A stretch of 64,000 nt of DNA, taken from positions 3,940 to 67,939 of the forward strand of contig JAMNYG010000187.1 in assembly GCA_023622945.1 (NCBI GenBank), in the 5' to 3' direction. The translations under genes and the position numbers were made by a program. This DNA comes from Bacillota bacterium. GTDB taxonomy: Bacteria > Bacillota > Clostridia > Acetivibrionales > JAMNYG01. Below, in pieces: positions 50,533 to 58,800 of this stretch; positions within the stretch are counted from its first letter, which is position 1; every line of letters begins with the position of its first letter. The notes below the pieces were generated by a model. That model did not search any database, was not told the DNA's origin, and saw only the letters and a list, made by a program, of their open reading frames with translations.

Positions 50533-52306
50533 ACACATTCAGATGCATTTTAATTTCCTGTTCATCCTCATAATCCGGAATGTTTCCCAGTCTCCATATG
50601 GAAATTCCCTTCACGTCAAACAGGGATGCAACACTGATTTTGGCAAGCACGCTTCTTGCATCTTCGTACCAAATGCGGTTCTGTATGCCGCTTATTTTGT
50701 CGGTATAAGTTATATACGGGTTCTGAGATTTTTCATCAAATTCAATTGTCAGCGTGTCTTTCGTTTCTTCATTTAGTATGCGGTTTTTCAACTGGTAATA
50801 ATACGGATTGTAGGGGGTTTTGTTTATAACCTTTTTATCCCTTACCTGCCATTGGGCCGTAGCAAAATTTATCTGGAGCCAGACCTTGCCGGTGTCTTTC
50901 ACCCCGGTTTGACTGTCGGTAATGGCTTTAAGGGCGTAATAGATTTCATCTATGGGAGTTAAGGGAGTATAGGTATACCCTCTGTCCATTTCTTGGTAAG
51001 TCAGGCTCTTTGCATCGTAATCGTGGGCCATCAGTATCACTTTGTCGGCAATTTCCCCTATGGCCCTGTAATCATAACCGTCGTAATAAGACTGGCCGTA
51101 TCTTGCAGGATGCACCGCAACATAAAGCTTTTTTTTGTATGGATCAAGGGCGTTTTTCATTTCCTTGAGGAAAAGGGTAAAGTTGTTTTTCTGTTCCTCT
51201 CCCCGTAAACCCTCAAAATCTATGACAACTCCGTCGAAAGATACCTTTTCATTTCCCCTTTGGGTAGAAAGCACCTGTTTTGTTATATCACTTATGACTT
51301 TCTCCCTTACATTGGGATTTGAAATGACATATTCAACAAGCCCGATGTCTTCATTGTTTTTGCTGTCATACACCTTTTCTTCCTGGGTTGCTATAACGTT
51401 AAGCAGGACGCTTACACCGTTTTCCTTTGCAAGGGCAACGGGTTTTGAGAAAGACAGGGGCACAGCATATTCGTTGTTGTTTGAATAGGTGGTGTTCAAA
51501 AACACCGATTTTGAGTTTTTGTCATATTGCAACCGGCTCCAGCCAAAACTTACCGAGTCAAGGTCCTTAATGTAATCCATCTGGGAGCTTGAGTCTATTG
51601 CATAAAAAGCATGAAGCTCCCTGATGCTTTTATCAAGTTTTCTGTAAACGTTAAACAGGATTATTGCTGCTTCCTCTCTTTTTACCCTGTCATTTGTTCC
51701 AAACAGGGTGGAAGATTCAGGTTCCATAATTCCCGTATCCACCATAAACATGGCATATCCGGCTTCAGCACCAAGATCGGTGAAAGGCACGCCGTAAGTT
51801 GCGGCTTTTTCAGCAAGCCGTTCATACCCCATGGCCCTGACCAACATTTCCGCGATTTCAGCCTTGGTGATATAGGCATTAGGTCTGAAATACTTTGACT
51901 TTGGGGATATCACATTATGAGAGACCGCTGCTTCTATGAAAGGAAAGTATTTATTGCCCTTTTTAACGTCTGAAAAGGTATTTTTTGATGGATTTACCTC
52001 ATCCCACCCCATAAGCTTGCAAAGGTATACCATGAAGTCGCCCTTTTTCAAATACGCGGAAGGACGAAACCTGTTTCCTTCAGAGGACGGAATGATCCCT
52101 TTTTGCCTTAGCACCAGCAATGCCTCATATGCAGGGCTGTTTTCAGAGACATCCAGAAACCAGCCGTTTTCGGTGCCAATGCTTTCGTAGGCTGAAGACG
52201 TAAAAGGAACAAAAAGCAAAGCGGTTACGAGAAACAATACGACAGTAATGTTAATGTATCTTGCAAATCTATGTTTAACACTGTTCAGATGATTATTCCT
52301 GTTCAT
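50501..52306 (-). CDS. secreted SLH-domain protein with a GH18-like (chitinase/YaaH-like) catalytic domain
   Basis: Signal/anchor helix followed by three SLH-like repeats (FLDVSENSPAYEALLVLRQKGII..., FSDVKKGNKYFPFIEAAVSHNVI..., FTDLGAEAGYAMFMVDTGIM...). A TIM-barrel region then carries the GH18 DxxDxDxE-type motif FDGVVIDFEGL. The ATG at the complement of 52304-52306 (MNRNNHL) after GGGGGG is preferred. Confidence 0.65.
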   Translation of the reverse strand: MNRNNHLNSVKHRFARYINITVVLFLVTALLFVPFTSSAYESIGTENGWFLDVSENSPAYEALLVLRQKGIIPSSEGNRFRPSAYLKKGDFMVYLCKLMGWDEVNPSKNTFSDVKKGNKYFPFIEAAVSHNVISPKSKYFRPNAYITKAEIAEMLVRAMGYERLAEKAATYGVPFTDLGAEAGYAMFMVDTGIMEPESSTLFGTNDRVKREEAAIILFNVYRKLDKSIRELHAFYAIDSSSQMDYIKDLDSVSFGWSRLQYDKNSKSVFLNTTYSNNNEYAVPLSFSKPVALAKENGVSVLLNVIATQEEKVYDSKNNEDIGLVEYVISNPNVREKVISDITKQVLSTQRGNEKVSFDGVVIDFEGLRGEEQKNNFTLFLKEMKNALDPYKKKLYVAVHPARYGQSYYDGYDYRAIGEIADKVILMAHDYDAKSLTYQEMDRGYTYTPLTPIDEIYYALKAITDSQTGVKDTGKVWLQINFATAQWQVRDKKVINKTPYNPYYYQLKNRILNEETKDTLTIEFDEKSQNPYITYTDKISGIQNRIWYEDARSVLAKISVASLFDVKGISIWRLGNIPDYEDEQEIKMHLNVWQEIIILAGK

Positions 52307-52553
52307 TTTCCTGACCCCCCATATTCTAAAATATTTTAACATCAAGCAGGTTATACTTCAAGTTGGCAGGCGGAAGAGAGCCTTTCAGGAAATAGGAGGA
52401 TGAGACGGCCAAAATGCATTCATTTGCTTAGACGCCGTGATTTTATTTTATGTTCCCGGACTAATGCAGGTTGCCTTTCGCTGTGGATAATTTTTGGTAT
52501 TTATGCTAGAATATCTAAATGTATAAAAAGTTCAATTACAGGAGAGACAATGA

Positions 52554-53717
52554 ATGGAAAGAACCATTTATCTGGACAACAGTGCAACAACCAGGCCGTA
52601 TGACCAGGTTATAGAATATATAGGGCATATAAACAGAAATGTTTACGGGAATCCTTCATCCCTGCACAGAATGGGGCTTGAAGCAGAAAAGCTGATAAGA
52701 AAGGCCAGGGAAGTTATCGCCGACACCCTTAAGGTGGACAGGAAGGAAATATACTTTACATCGGGAGGCACCGAATCCAACAACCTGGCCATAAGAGGAT
52801 ACCTTGATGCCAACCCCAGGAAGGGTAAACATATAATAACTTCAAAGATAGAGCATCCTTCGGTCATGGAAGTATGCAAGCATTTGTCCGAGATCGGTTA
52901 TGACGTAGATTATATAGATGTGAACTCAGACGGAATAATTGACCTTGAAGGTTTAAAAAACAGGATCCGCAAGGATACAGCTCTTATAAGCATAATGTAT
53001 GTAAACAATGAAATCGGATCAGTTCAGCCTGTAGATGAAATAGTGAAAATCAGAAACCAGGCAAACCCCCGGACGGTCATCCATATGGATGCAGTACAGG
53101 CTTATGGAAAATTCAGGATATATCCGAAAAGGGACGGAATACAGATGCTTTCCATCAGCTCCCATAAAATACACGGGCCAAAGGGAGCAGGAGCTTTGTA
53201 TGTGGACAGCAGTATCAGGATCAGGCCCATCATCTACGGAGGAGGCCAGGAGTCACTTATCCGTTCCGGTACCGAAAACATCACCGGAATCTGCGGTTTT
53301 GGTCTTGCGGCAGAGCTTATATTCGGAAAAATGGACGAAAACCTTAAGAAAGTCAAGGCTCTTAACTCCCTGTTCAGGAGGAAACTTGCGGAATCATCAT
53401 GTAAATTTAAAATAATTTCCCCGGAAAGCGCCTCACCGTATATACTGAGCGTTGCATTTCCGGGTGTACGTGCTGAAGTGATGCTCCATCATCTCGAAGA
53501 ACGGGGGATTTTTGTTTCCACAGGTTCGGCCTGCTCCTCCAGAAAATCCATACACAGTCATGTACTTAAGGCATTGGGTCTGGAAGCCGGTTACATAGAA
53601 GGTGCAGTGCGCTTCAGTTTTTCCGGGATGAACCAGGAAGATGAGATATGTGAGGCTGCTGATGCTGCGGCTGAAATTGCATGTAAACTTCAAAGTGTAA
53701 CGGGAGGAAGAAGATGA
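52554..53717 (+). CDS. nifS: cysteine desulfurase (NifS/IscS family)
   Basis: IYLDNSATT, PLP-lysine context SSHKIHGPKGAGALY, and an active-site Cys loop STGSACSS. Paired with thiI. Confidence 0.9.
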   Translation: MERTIYLDNSATTRPYDQVIEYIGHINRNVYGNPSSLHRMGLEAEKLIRKAREVIADTLKVDRKEIYFTSGGTESNNLAIRGYLDANPRKGKHIITSKIEHPSVMEVCKHLSEIGYDVDYIDVNSDGIIDLEGLKNRIRKDTALISIMYVNNEIGSVQPVDEIVKIRNQANPRTVIHMDAVQAYGKFRIYPKRDGIQMLSISSHKIHGPKGAGALYVDSSIRIRPIIYGGGQESLIRSGTENITGICGFGLAAELIFGKMDENLKKVKALNSLFRRKLAESSCKFKIISPESASPYILSVAFPGVRAEVMLHHLEERGIFVSTGSACSSRKSIHSHVLKALGLEAGYIEGAVRFSFSGMNQEDEICEAADAAAEIACKLQSVTGGRR

Positions 53718-54889
53718 AGAAAATTATACTGGTAAGATACGGAGAGATAATGTTAAAAGGTCTGAACAGATCCCATTTTGAAAACAAGCTTGTAAGCAAC
53801 ATTAAAAAAGCCATACAGCAATACGGAAATGCAGATGTAATCAGGTCCCAGGGAAGGATATATGTAGAACCCCTTTCCGATGACTATGACTTTGATGCAG
53901 CCTTAAGCAGATTGACAAAGGTTTTCGGCATTGTATCCGTAAGCCCTGTATTGAAAATAGAATCAGATCTTGAAGAAATATTGAATACATCTCTTGCCGT
54001 TGCAAAGGATGTTGTTGAAAATAAAGGCTTTAGAACCTTTAAGGTTGAAACAAAAAGAGGGAACAAGAACTTTCCCATGCAATCACCTGAACTCAGCAGG
54101 AAAGCCGGAGCAAGAATTCTTTCCAATATACCCCGGCTTTCGGTTGATGTCCACAATCCGGATTTTATATTATATATAGAAGTCAGGGAATCATCCTATG
54201 TATATTGGGAAATCATACCCGGCTACGGGGGTATGCCGGTAGGTACCAACGGAAAAGCTGTCCTTCTTTTGTCAGGGGGAATTGACAGTCCCGTAGCAGG
54301 ATGGATGGTGTCAAAAAGGGGTGTGGAGATAGACGCCGTACATTTTTACAGCTACCCTTATACCAGTGAACGGGCAAAAGAAAAGGTTATTGACCTGGCA
54401 AAAATTCTGGCACAGTATTGCATGCACATAAATCTTCACATAGTTCCCTTTACCGAAATTCAACTGGAGATCAACGACAAGTGTCCTCAGGACCAGGGGA
54501 CTATACTCATGAGAAGGGCGATGATGAAAATCTCTGAAAGAATTGCCAAATCTACGGGAGCACAGGCATTGATCACGGGGGAAAGCATCGGCCAGGTTGC
54601 CAGCCAGACCATGGAAAGCCTTGTTGTGACCAATGCTGCAGTAAGCATGCCTGTATTTCGGCCCCTGATAGGTATGGATAAAAATGAGGTAGTTGAAATT
54701 GCAAGAAAGATAGATACTTACGAGACCTCAATACTTCCATACGAGGACTGCTGTACGGTATTTGTGGCAAAACATCCTACAACAAAGCCTCAGCTTAATA
54801 AGATACTGCTTTCTGAGCAAAGGCTTGATCTGGACCAGCTCATTGAAAAAGCCATTGCCAATACGGAGGTATTAAGTATATCCGGATGA
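53714..54889 (+). CDS. thiI: tRNA 4-thiouridine synthase / thiamine biosynthesis protein ThiI
   Basis: N-terminal ferredoxin-like plus THUMP region and the PP-loop LLSGGIDSPVA. 391 aa, with no rhodanese domain. Confidence 0.9.
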   Translation: MKKIILVRYGEIMLKGLNRSHFENKLVSNIKKAIQQYGNADVIRSQGRIYVEPLSDDYDFDAALSRLTKVFGIVSVSPVLKIESDLEEILNTSLAVAKDVVENKGFRTFKVETKRGNKNFPMQSPELSRKAGARILSNIPRLSVDVHNPDFILYIEVRESSYVYWEIIPGYGGMPVGTNGKAVLLLSGGIDSPVAGWMVSKRGVEIDAVHFYSYPYTSERAKEKVIDLAKILAQYCMHINLHIVPFTEIQLEINDKCPQDQGTILMRRAMMKISERIAKSTGAQALITGESIGQVASQTMESLVVTNAAVSMPVFRPLIGMDKNEVVEIARKIDTYETSILPYEDCCTVFVAKHPTTKPQLNKILLSEQRLDLDQLIEKAIANTEVLSISG

Positions 54890-55040
54890 CCTTGCATTTT
54901 GACAATAACATGGTAATTTGACAATACCTTGAGGTATTAAACATATCCGTATGACCTTGTATTCTGATGATAACGCAGTAGCTTGATGATACCAAAGTAA
55001 TTTGATAATAAAATAGTTAATTTTATAATAACATATTGGA
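54866..55040. repeat. 65-nt direct duplication whose first copy contains the last 8 codons and stop of thiI, with nested ~22-nt sub-repeats (TTTGAYRATAMC)
   Basis: Copy A 54866-54930: gaggtattaagtatatccggatgaccttgcattttgacaataacatggtaatttgacaatacctt. Copy B 54931-54995: gaggtattaaacatatccgtatgaccttgtattctgatgataacgcagtagcttgatgataccaaa. The tail reads gtaatttgataataaaatagttaattttataataac. Confidence 0.85.
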
Positions 55041-55081
55041 ACCAGGCCAAAAATAATGTAATAATAGGAATTCTAACTGGG

Positions 55082-56473
55082 GTGAAATTGTTGCCTGGTT
55101 CAAGATTGATAAAAAGGATATTATTCTTAGTATTATCCGTTTTAGTTATATTCCTTACATGGGCAGCAGTACGGATAATGCTGCTGCTGTCCCGTGATAC
55201 CGTTTATGAAGGCGTATATGTTGAAGGGATCAACATCTCGGGATTAACAAAAGCAGAGGCTTTACATCTGATTAATACTTCGATGAAGAGTCAGCATAGT
55301 GACAAAAGCATCATTTTGCGATATGGACAGGAATCATGGACATTGAAAATGGAGGACATATCCTTAAAATATCTTGCAGAAAAGGCTGTCGAAAAGGCTT
55401 ACTCCCTTGGAAGGTCCGGGAATTTTATAAATCGCCTGGAAGAGATCAGACGGCTGAAATCCCGGCATGTAAATATTCCCTGTTCCTTGTCTTATGACAG
55501 ACGACTGTTAAGGGATGGCATCTGGAAAATTAAAGAAAAAATTGACAGGGAACCTGAAAATGCAACAGTATGGTATGAAAAAGGCAAAATCAACAGGACT
55601 GAATCAAGCATCGGGCTTTCCCTTGATGTCGATGCCACAATGAGCATCATCGAGGAGGCAATAAAGGGGCGAAAATACGGGGAGATAAACCTTGTAGTGG
55701 AAGAGAAAAAGCCTCATATAACCACGGAAGATGTAAATCAGATTGAAAAAGTGATTGCATCCTTCAGTACACATTTCAATCCCCAGGAAATAAACAGGAC
55801 CTATAACCTGAAGCTCTCGGCAGAAAGGATAAACAATGTTCTTTTAAAGCCGGGAGAGATTTTTTCCATGAATGAAAAACTGGGTCCCAGAACTGCAGAA
55901 AACGGCTACAGGGAGGCACCCATTATTGTTAAGAATGAGGTGGTTCCCGGGATTGGCGGCGGGGTGTGTCAGATGGTGAGCACCTTGTATAACGCGGTGC
56001 TCCTTTCAAGGCTGGATGTGGTGGAAAGATCAAACCATTCGGTTGCAATAAGCTATGTTAAGCCGGGACTGGATGCTACCATCGCTGAAAACTACCTGGA
56101 TTTCAAGTTCCGCAACAATATGGACAGCTGCATTTTGGTCCATGCCGAAGTAATCGGAAACAAACTGACCGTTTCCATACTGGGAAAGGATACTAAAGAC
56201 GGCCTTACGGTAAAACTTCGTTCAGAAGTCATTGAAGTAATTCCACCCCAGGGTGAGGAATATGTCATCGACGAAGAAGTCCTGGACGGTATAAAGGTAA
56301 TACTGAGGGAACCAAAAAACGGATACAGAACCGTCACATACCGGGAGACATATGATTCATCAGGCAAACTGATTAAAACCGAAAAGATATCGGAAGATGT
56401 CTATAATCCAATCAAAGCTCAATACAGGGTAAACAGCAGATATGAAGAGATGCTTGAAGCTGATGGCCTGTAA
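55082..56473 (+). CDS. VanW-family protein with an N-terminal TM anchor and a C-terminal G5-like domain
   Basis: VanW core GGGVCQMVSTLYNAVLLSRLDVVERSNHS. GTG start. Confidence 0.8.
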   Translation: MKLLPGSRLIKRILFLVLSVLVIFLTWAAVRIMLLLSRDTVYEGVYVEGINISGLTKAEALHLINTSMKSQHSDKSIILRYGQESWTLKMEDISLKYLAEKAVEKAYSLGRSGNFINRLEEIRRLKSRHVNIPCSLSYDRRLLRDGIWKIKEKIDREPENATVWYEKGKINRTESSIGLSLDVDATMSIIEEAIKGRKYGEINLVVEEKKPHITTEDVNQIEKVIASFSTHFNPQEINRTYNLKLSAERINNVLLKPGEIFSMNEKLGPRTAENGYREAPIIVKNEVVPGIGGGVCQMVSTLYNAVLLSRLDVVERSNHSVAISYVKPGLDATIAENYLDFKFRNNMDSCILVHAEVIGNKLTVSILGKDTKDGLTVKLRSEVIEVIPPQGEEYVIDEEVLDGIKVILREPKNGYRTVTYRETYDSSGKLIKTEKISEDVYNPIKAQYRVNSRYEEMLEADGL

Positions 56474-56500
56474 GAAACAATTTCAGCACAAAGGAAGTGT

Positions 56501-57496
56501 ATGGAAATGAACATAGGTAAAGTACCAAATGAAGTCCTGAAAAAGATGCTTTTTGATAAGATCAAAAGCTACAGAAAGGATATTATTATAAGACCGGGCA
56601 TAGGAGAGGATTGCTGCGCAGTTGATTTCGGCGAATATGTATGCGTAATGTCCAGCGATCCCATAACCGGAGCGGTTAACGATGTAGGCAGACTGTCGGT
56701 ACATATTTCCTGCAATGACATAGCTTCCTGCGGTGTGGAACCTTTAGGACTGATAAATACAATACTTGCACCTGCCGGAACCACCGAGGAAGAACTCAAT
56801 CAGGTAATCAACCAGATATTGGAGACAGCTCATTCCGTCGGAGTTGACATAATCGGTGGACACACCGAGATTACCGATACTGTCAACCGTTTTGTAATTA
56901 TAAGTACAGCGATAGGAAAGGCTTTAAAGGGCAAAGTGGTCTCTACTTCCGGGGCACAACCCGGTGATGATGTAGTCATGACCAAGTCGGCCGGAATAGA
57001 AGGAACGGCCATAATCGCCCATGACCGTGAGAAAGAATTGCTGAAACATTTTGACTTGAATTTTATAAATTCTGCAAAGGGTTTTATCAACAAAATAAGT
57101 GTTATAAGAGAAGGTGTTATAGCCGGAGAATTCGGAGTAAACTCCATGCATGACATAACCGAAGGCGGCGTTCTCGGGGCGGTATGGGAAGTATGTGAGG
57201 CATCCGGAACCGGGGTTGAGATTTATTTAAGCAAGATACCTGTTGCCAGGGAAACCTCTGAGATATGCAATTTTTTCGGCATTGACCCTCTTAAGCTTAT
57301 ATCCAGCGGCAGTATGCTCATAACATGCAAAAGAGGCCATGAACTGGTTAAAGTATTGGAACAAAACCGGATTAATGCTGCGGTAATCGGGAAAGTAACC
57401 GATAAAAAAGACAGGAGCCTCATAACCGATGACGGGATATTGGAAATACTCCCACCGGGATCTGATGAGCTGTATAAGGTGTATGAAAATAGTTAA
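56501..57496 (+). CDS. AIR-synthase-related (PurM/HypE/ThiL-like) protein
   Basis: PurM-like N-domain pattern GEDCCAVD...SSDPIT...HISCNDIASCG...GGHTEIT and a C-domain HDITEGGVLGA. The start is ATG 56501 or 56507. Confidence 0.7.
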   Translation: MEMNIGKVPNEVLKKMLFDKIKSYRKDIIIRPGIGEDCCAVDFGEYVCVMSSDPITGAVNDVGRLSVHISCNDIASCGVEPLGLINTILAPAGTTEEELNQVINQILETAHSVGVDIIGGHTEITDTVNRFVIISTAIGKALKGKVVSTSGAQPGDDVVMTKSAGIEGTAIIAHDREKELLKHFDLNFINSAKGFINKISVIREGVIAGEFGVNSMHDITEGGVLGAVWEVCEASGTGVEIYLSKIPVARETSEICNFFGIDPLKLISSGSMLITCKRGHELVKVLEQNRINAAVIGKVTDKKDRSLITDDGILEILPPGSDELYKVYENS

Positions 57497-57571
57497 GATA
57501 TCCATTTGAGGCAAAGTATGCTATAATCAAAACATCGGATTGATAAACTGCCGAAAATACCTGGAGGGTTC

Positions 57572-58723
57572 ATGATGATAAAGAAAAGTATTGTTGTTTT
57601 CCTGGTTTCAATTGCAGTGATTTCAGTGTTGTTTTCCATCGTTTCATATGCCGAAGAACGCAATATCACACTTAAAGTTAACGGCAGGGCTGTCTCCCAG
57701 GATGTAATGATTATTGACGGAACGCCTTATGTATCGCTGGACAGCCTGAAAAAAGGTCTTGGAATAGAAGCAGACTACGACAAAGAATCAGGAGTTGTGA
57801 ATCTGGAAGACGGTGTATTAAGCGACGCAGAAATAATAGGAAAAGTCAGTCCTTCGGTGGTAGGCATAATCGGAAAACTTAAGGTAAGCAGCCAGGGTTA
57901 CAGCCCCGGTAGCGACAACATTGTTATAGGGACGGGAGTAATATACAAATCCACCGGATACATAATTACCAATGCTCATGTCGTAAAGGACATGGAAAAG
58001 ATTGTGGTGGTGCTTTCAAACGGCAAAGCATATACCGCCAGGCTGAAGGCAATTGACGAACCATTTGACCTTGCCATGATCAAAATCGATAAAGGCGGCC
58101 TCACCCCGGCTGTTTTCGGAAATATTGACGAGGTGGCTGTAGGAGACAAAGCAATTGCAATAGGTACCCCATTATCATTTTCTTTCAGGAATTCCGCTAC
58201 AAAAGGCATCATAAGCGGCATTAACAGATCAGCAGACGGGGAATACCGCTTTATCCAGACAGATGCTGCAATAAACAGTGGTAACAGCGGAGGTCCCCTT
58301 GTCAATTCCAAAGGTGAAGTGATAGGAATAAACAGCATAAAATATGTCGGCTTTGGAGTTGAAGGGCTGAGTTTTTCCATTCCGATAGACACGGTACAAT
58401 ACGCCATTGATCATTTTGAAAAATATGGCAGGATCAGGAGGCCTTACCTTGGGGCATCCTTTTCTGAAGGGGTGGCTGCAAGCTATGGGCTTCCGGTTAA
58501 TGAAGGCCTGACCATAACCGAAATTGAAAAAGGATCTCCTGCTGAACGGGCAAGGCTTAAAATAGATGATGTATTGATTGCCATAGACGGAAAGGAAATC
58601 GCAACAAAGCTGGACTATAACGAAATCTTGAAACAGTATCTGCCCGAAGATACTGTGAATTTGACCATAAGAAGAAATGAGACGATATTGAACATTAAGG
58701 TAAAATTCAGTGAAAAGGTTTAG
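57572..58723 (+). CDS. HtrA/DegP-family serine protease with an N-terminal copper-amine-oxidase-N-like domain and a C-terminal PDZ
   Basis: Signal/TM segment, then a stalk-like domain (ITLKVNGRAVSQDVMIIDGTPYVSLDSL). Catalytic triad contexts TNAHVV, D(L)A and GNSGGPL, then a PDZ domain. An extended -10 element TGCTATAAT lies upstream (~57520-57528). Confidence 0.85.
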   Translation: MMIKKSIVVFLVSIAVISVLFSIVSYAEERNITLKVNGRAVSQDVMIIDGTPYVSLDSLKKGLGIEADYDKESGVVNLEDGVLSDAEIIGKVSPSVVGIIGKLKVSSQGYSPGSDNIVIGTGVIYKSTGYIITNAHVVKDMEKIVVVLSNGKAYTARLKAIDEPFDLAMIKIDKGGLTPAVFGNIDEVAVGDKAIAIGTPLSFSFRNSATKGIISGINRSADGEYRFIQTDAAINSGNSGGPLVNSKGEVIGINSIKYVGFGVEGLSFSIPIDTVQYAIDHFEKYGRIRRPYLGASFSEGVAASYGLPVNEGLTITEIEKGSPAERARLKIDDVLIAIDGKEIATKLDYNEILKQYLPEDTVNLTIRRNETILNIKVKFSEKV

Positions 58724-58800
58724 ATCCTTAATGAAAGCGTTAATTGGGCAGTGTCAGATTCAAGAGGCAGGAAACTTACCTGAAGAAAGAGGAATGGTAT

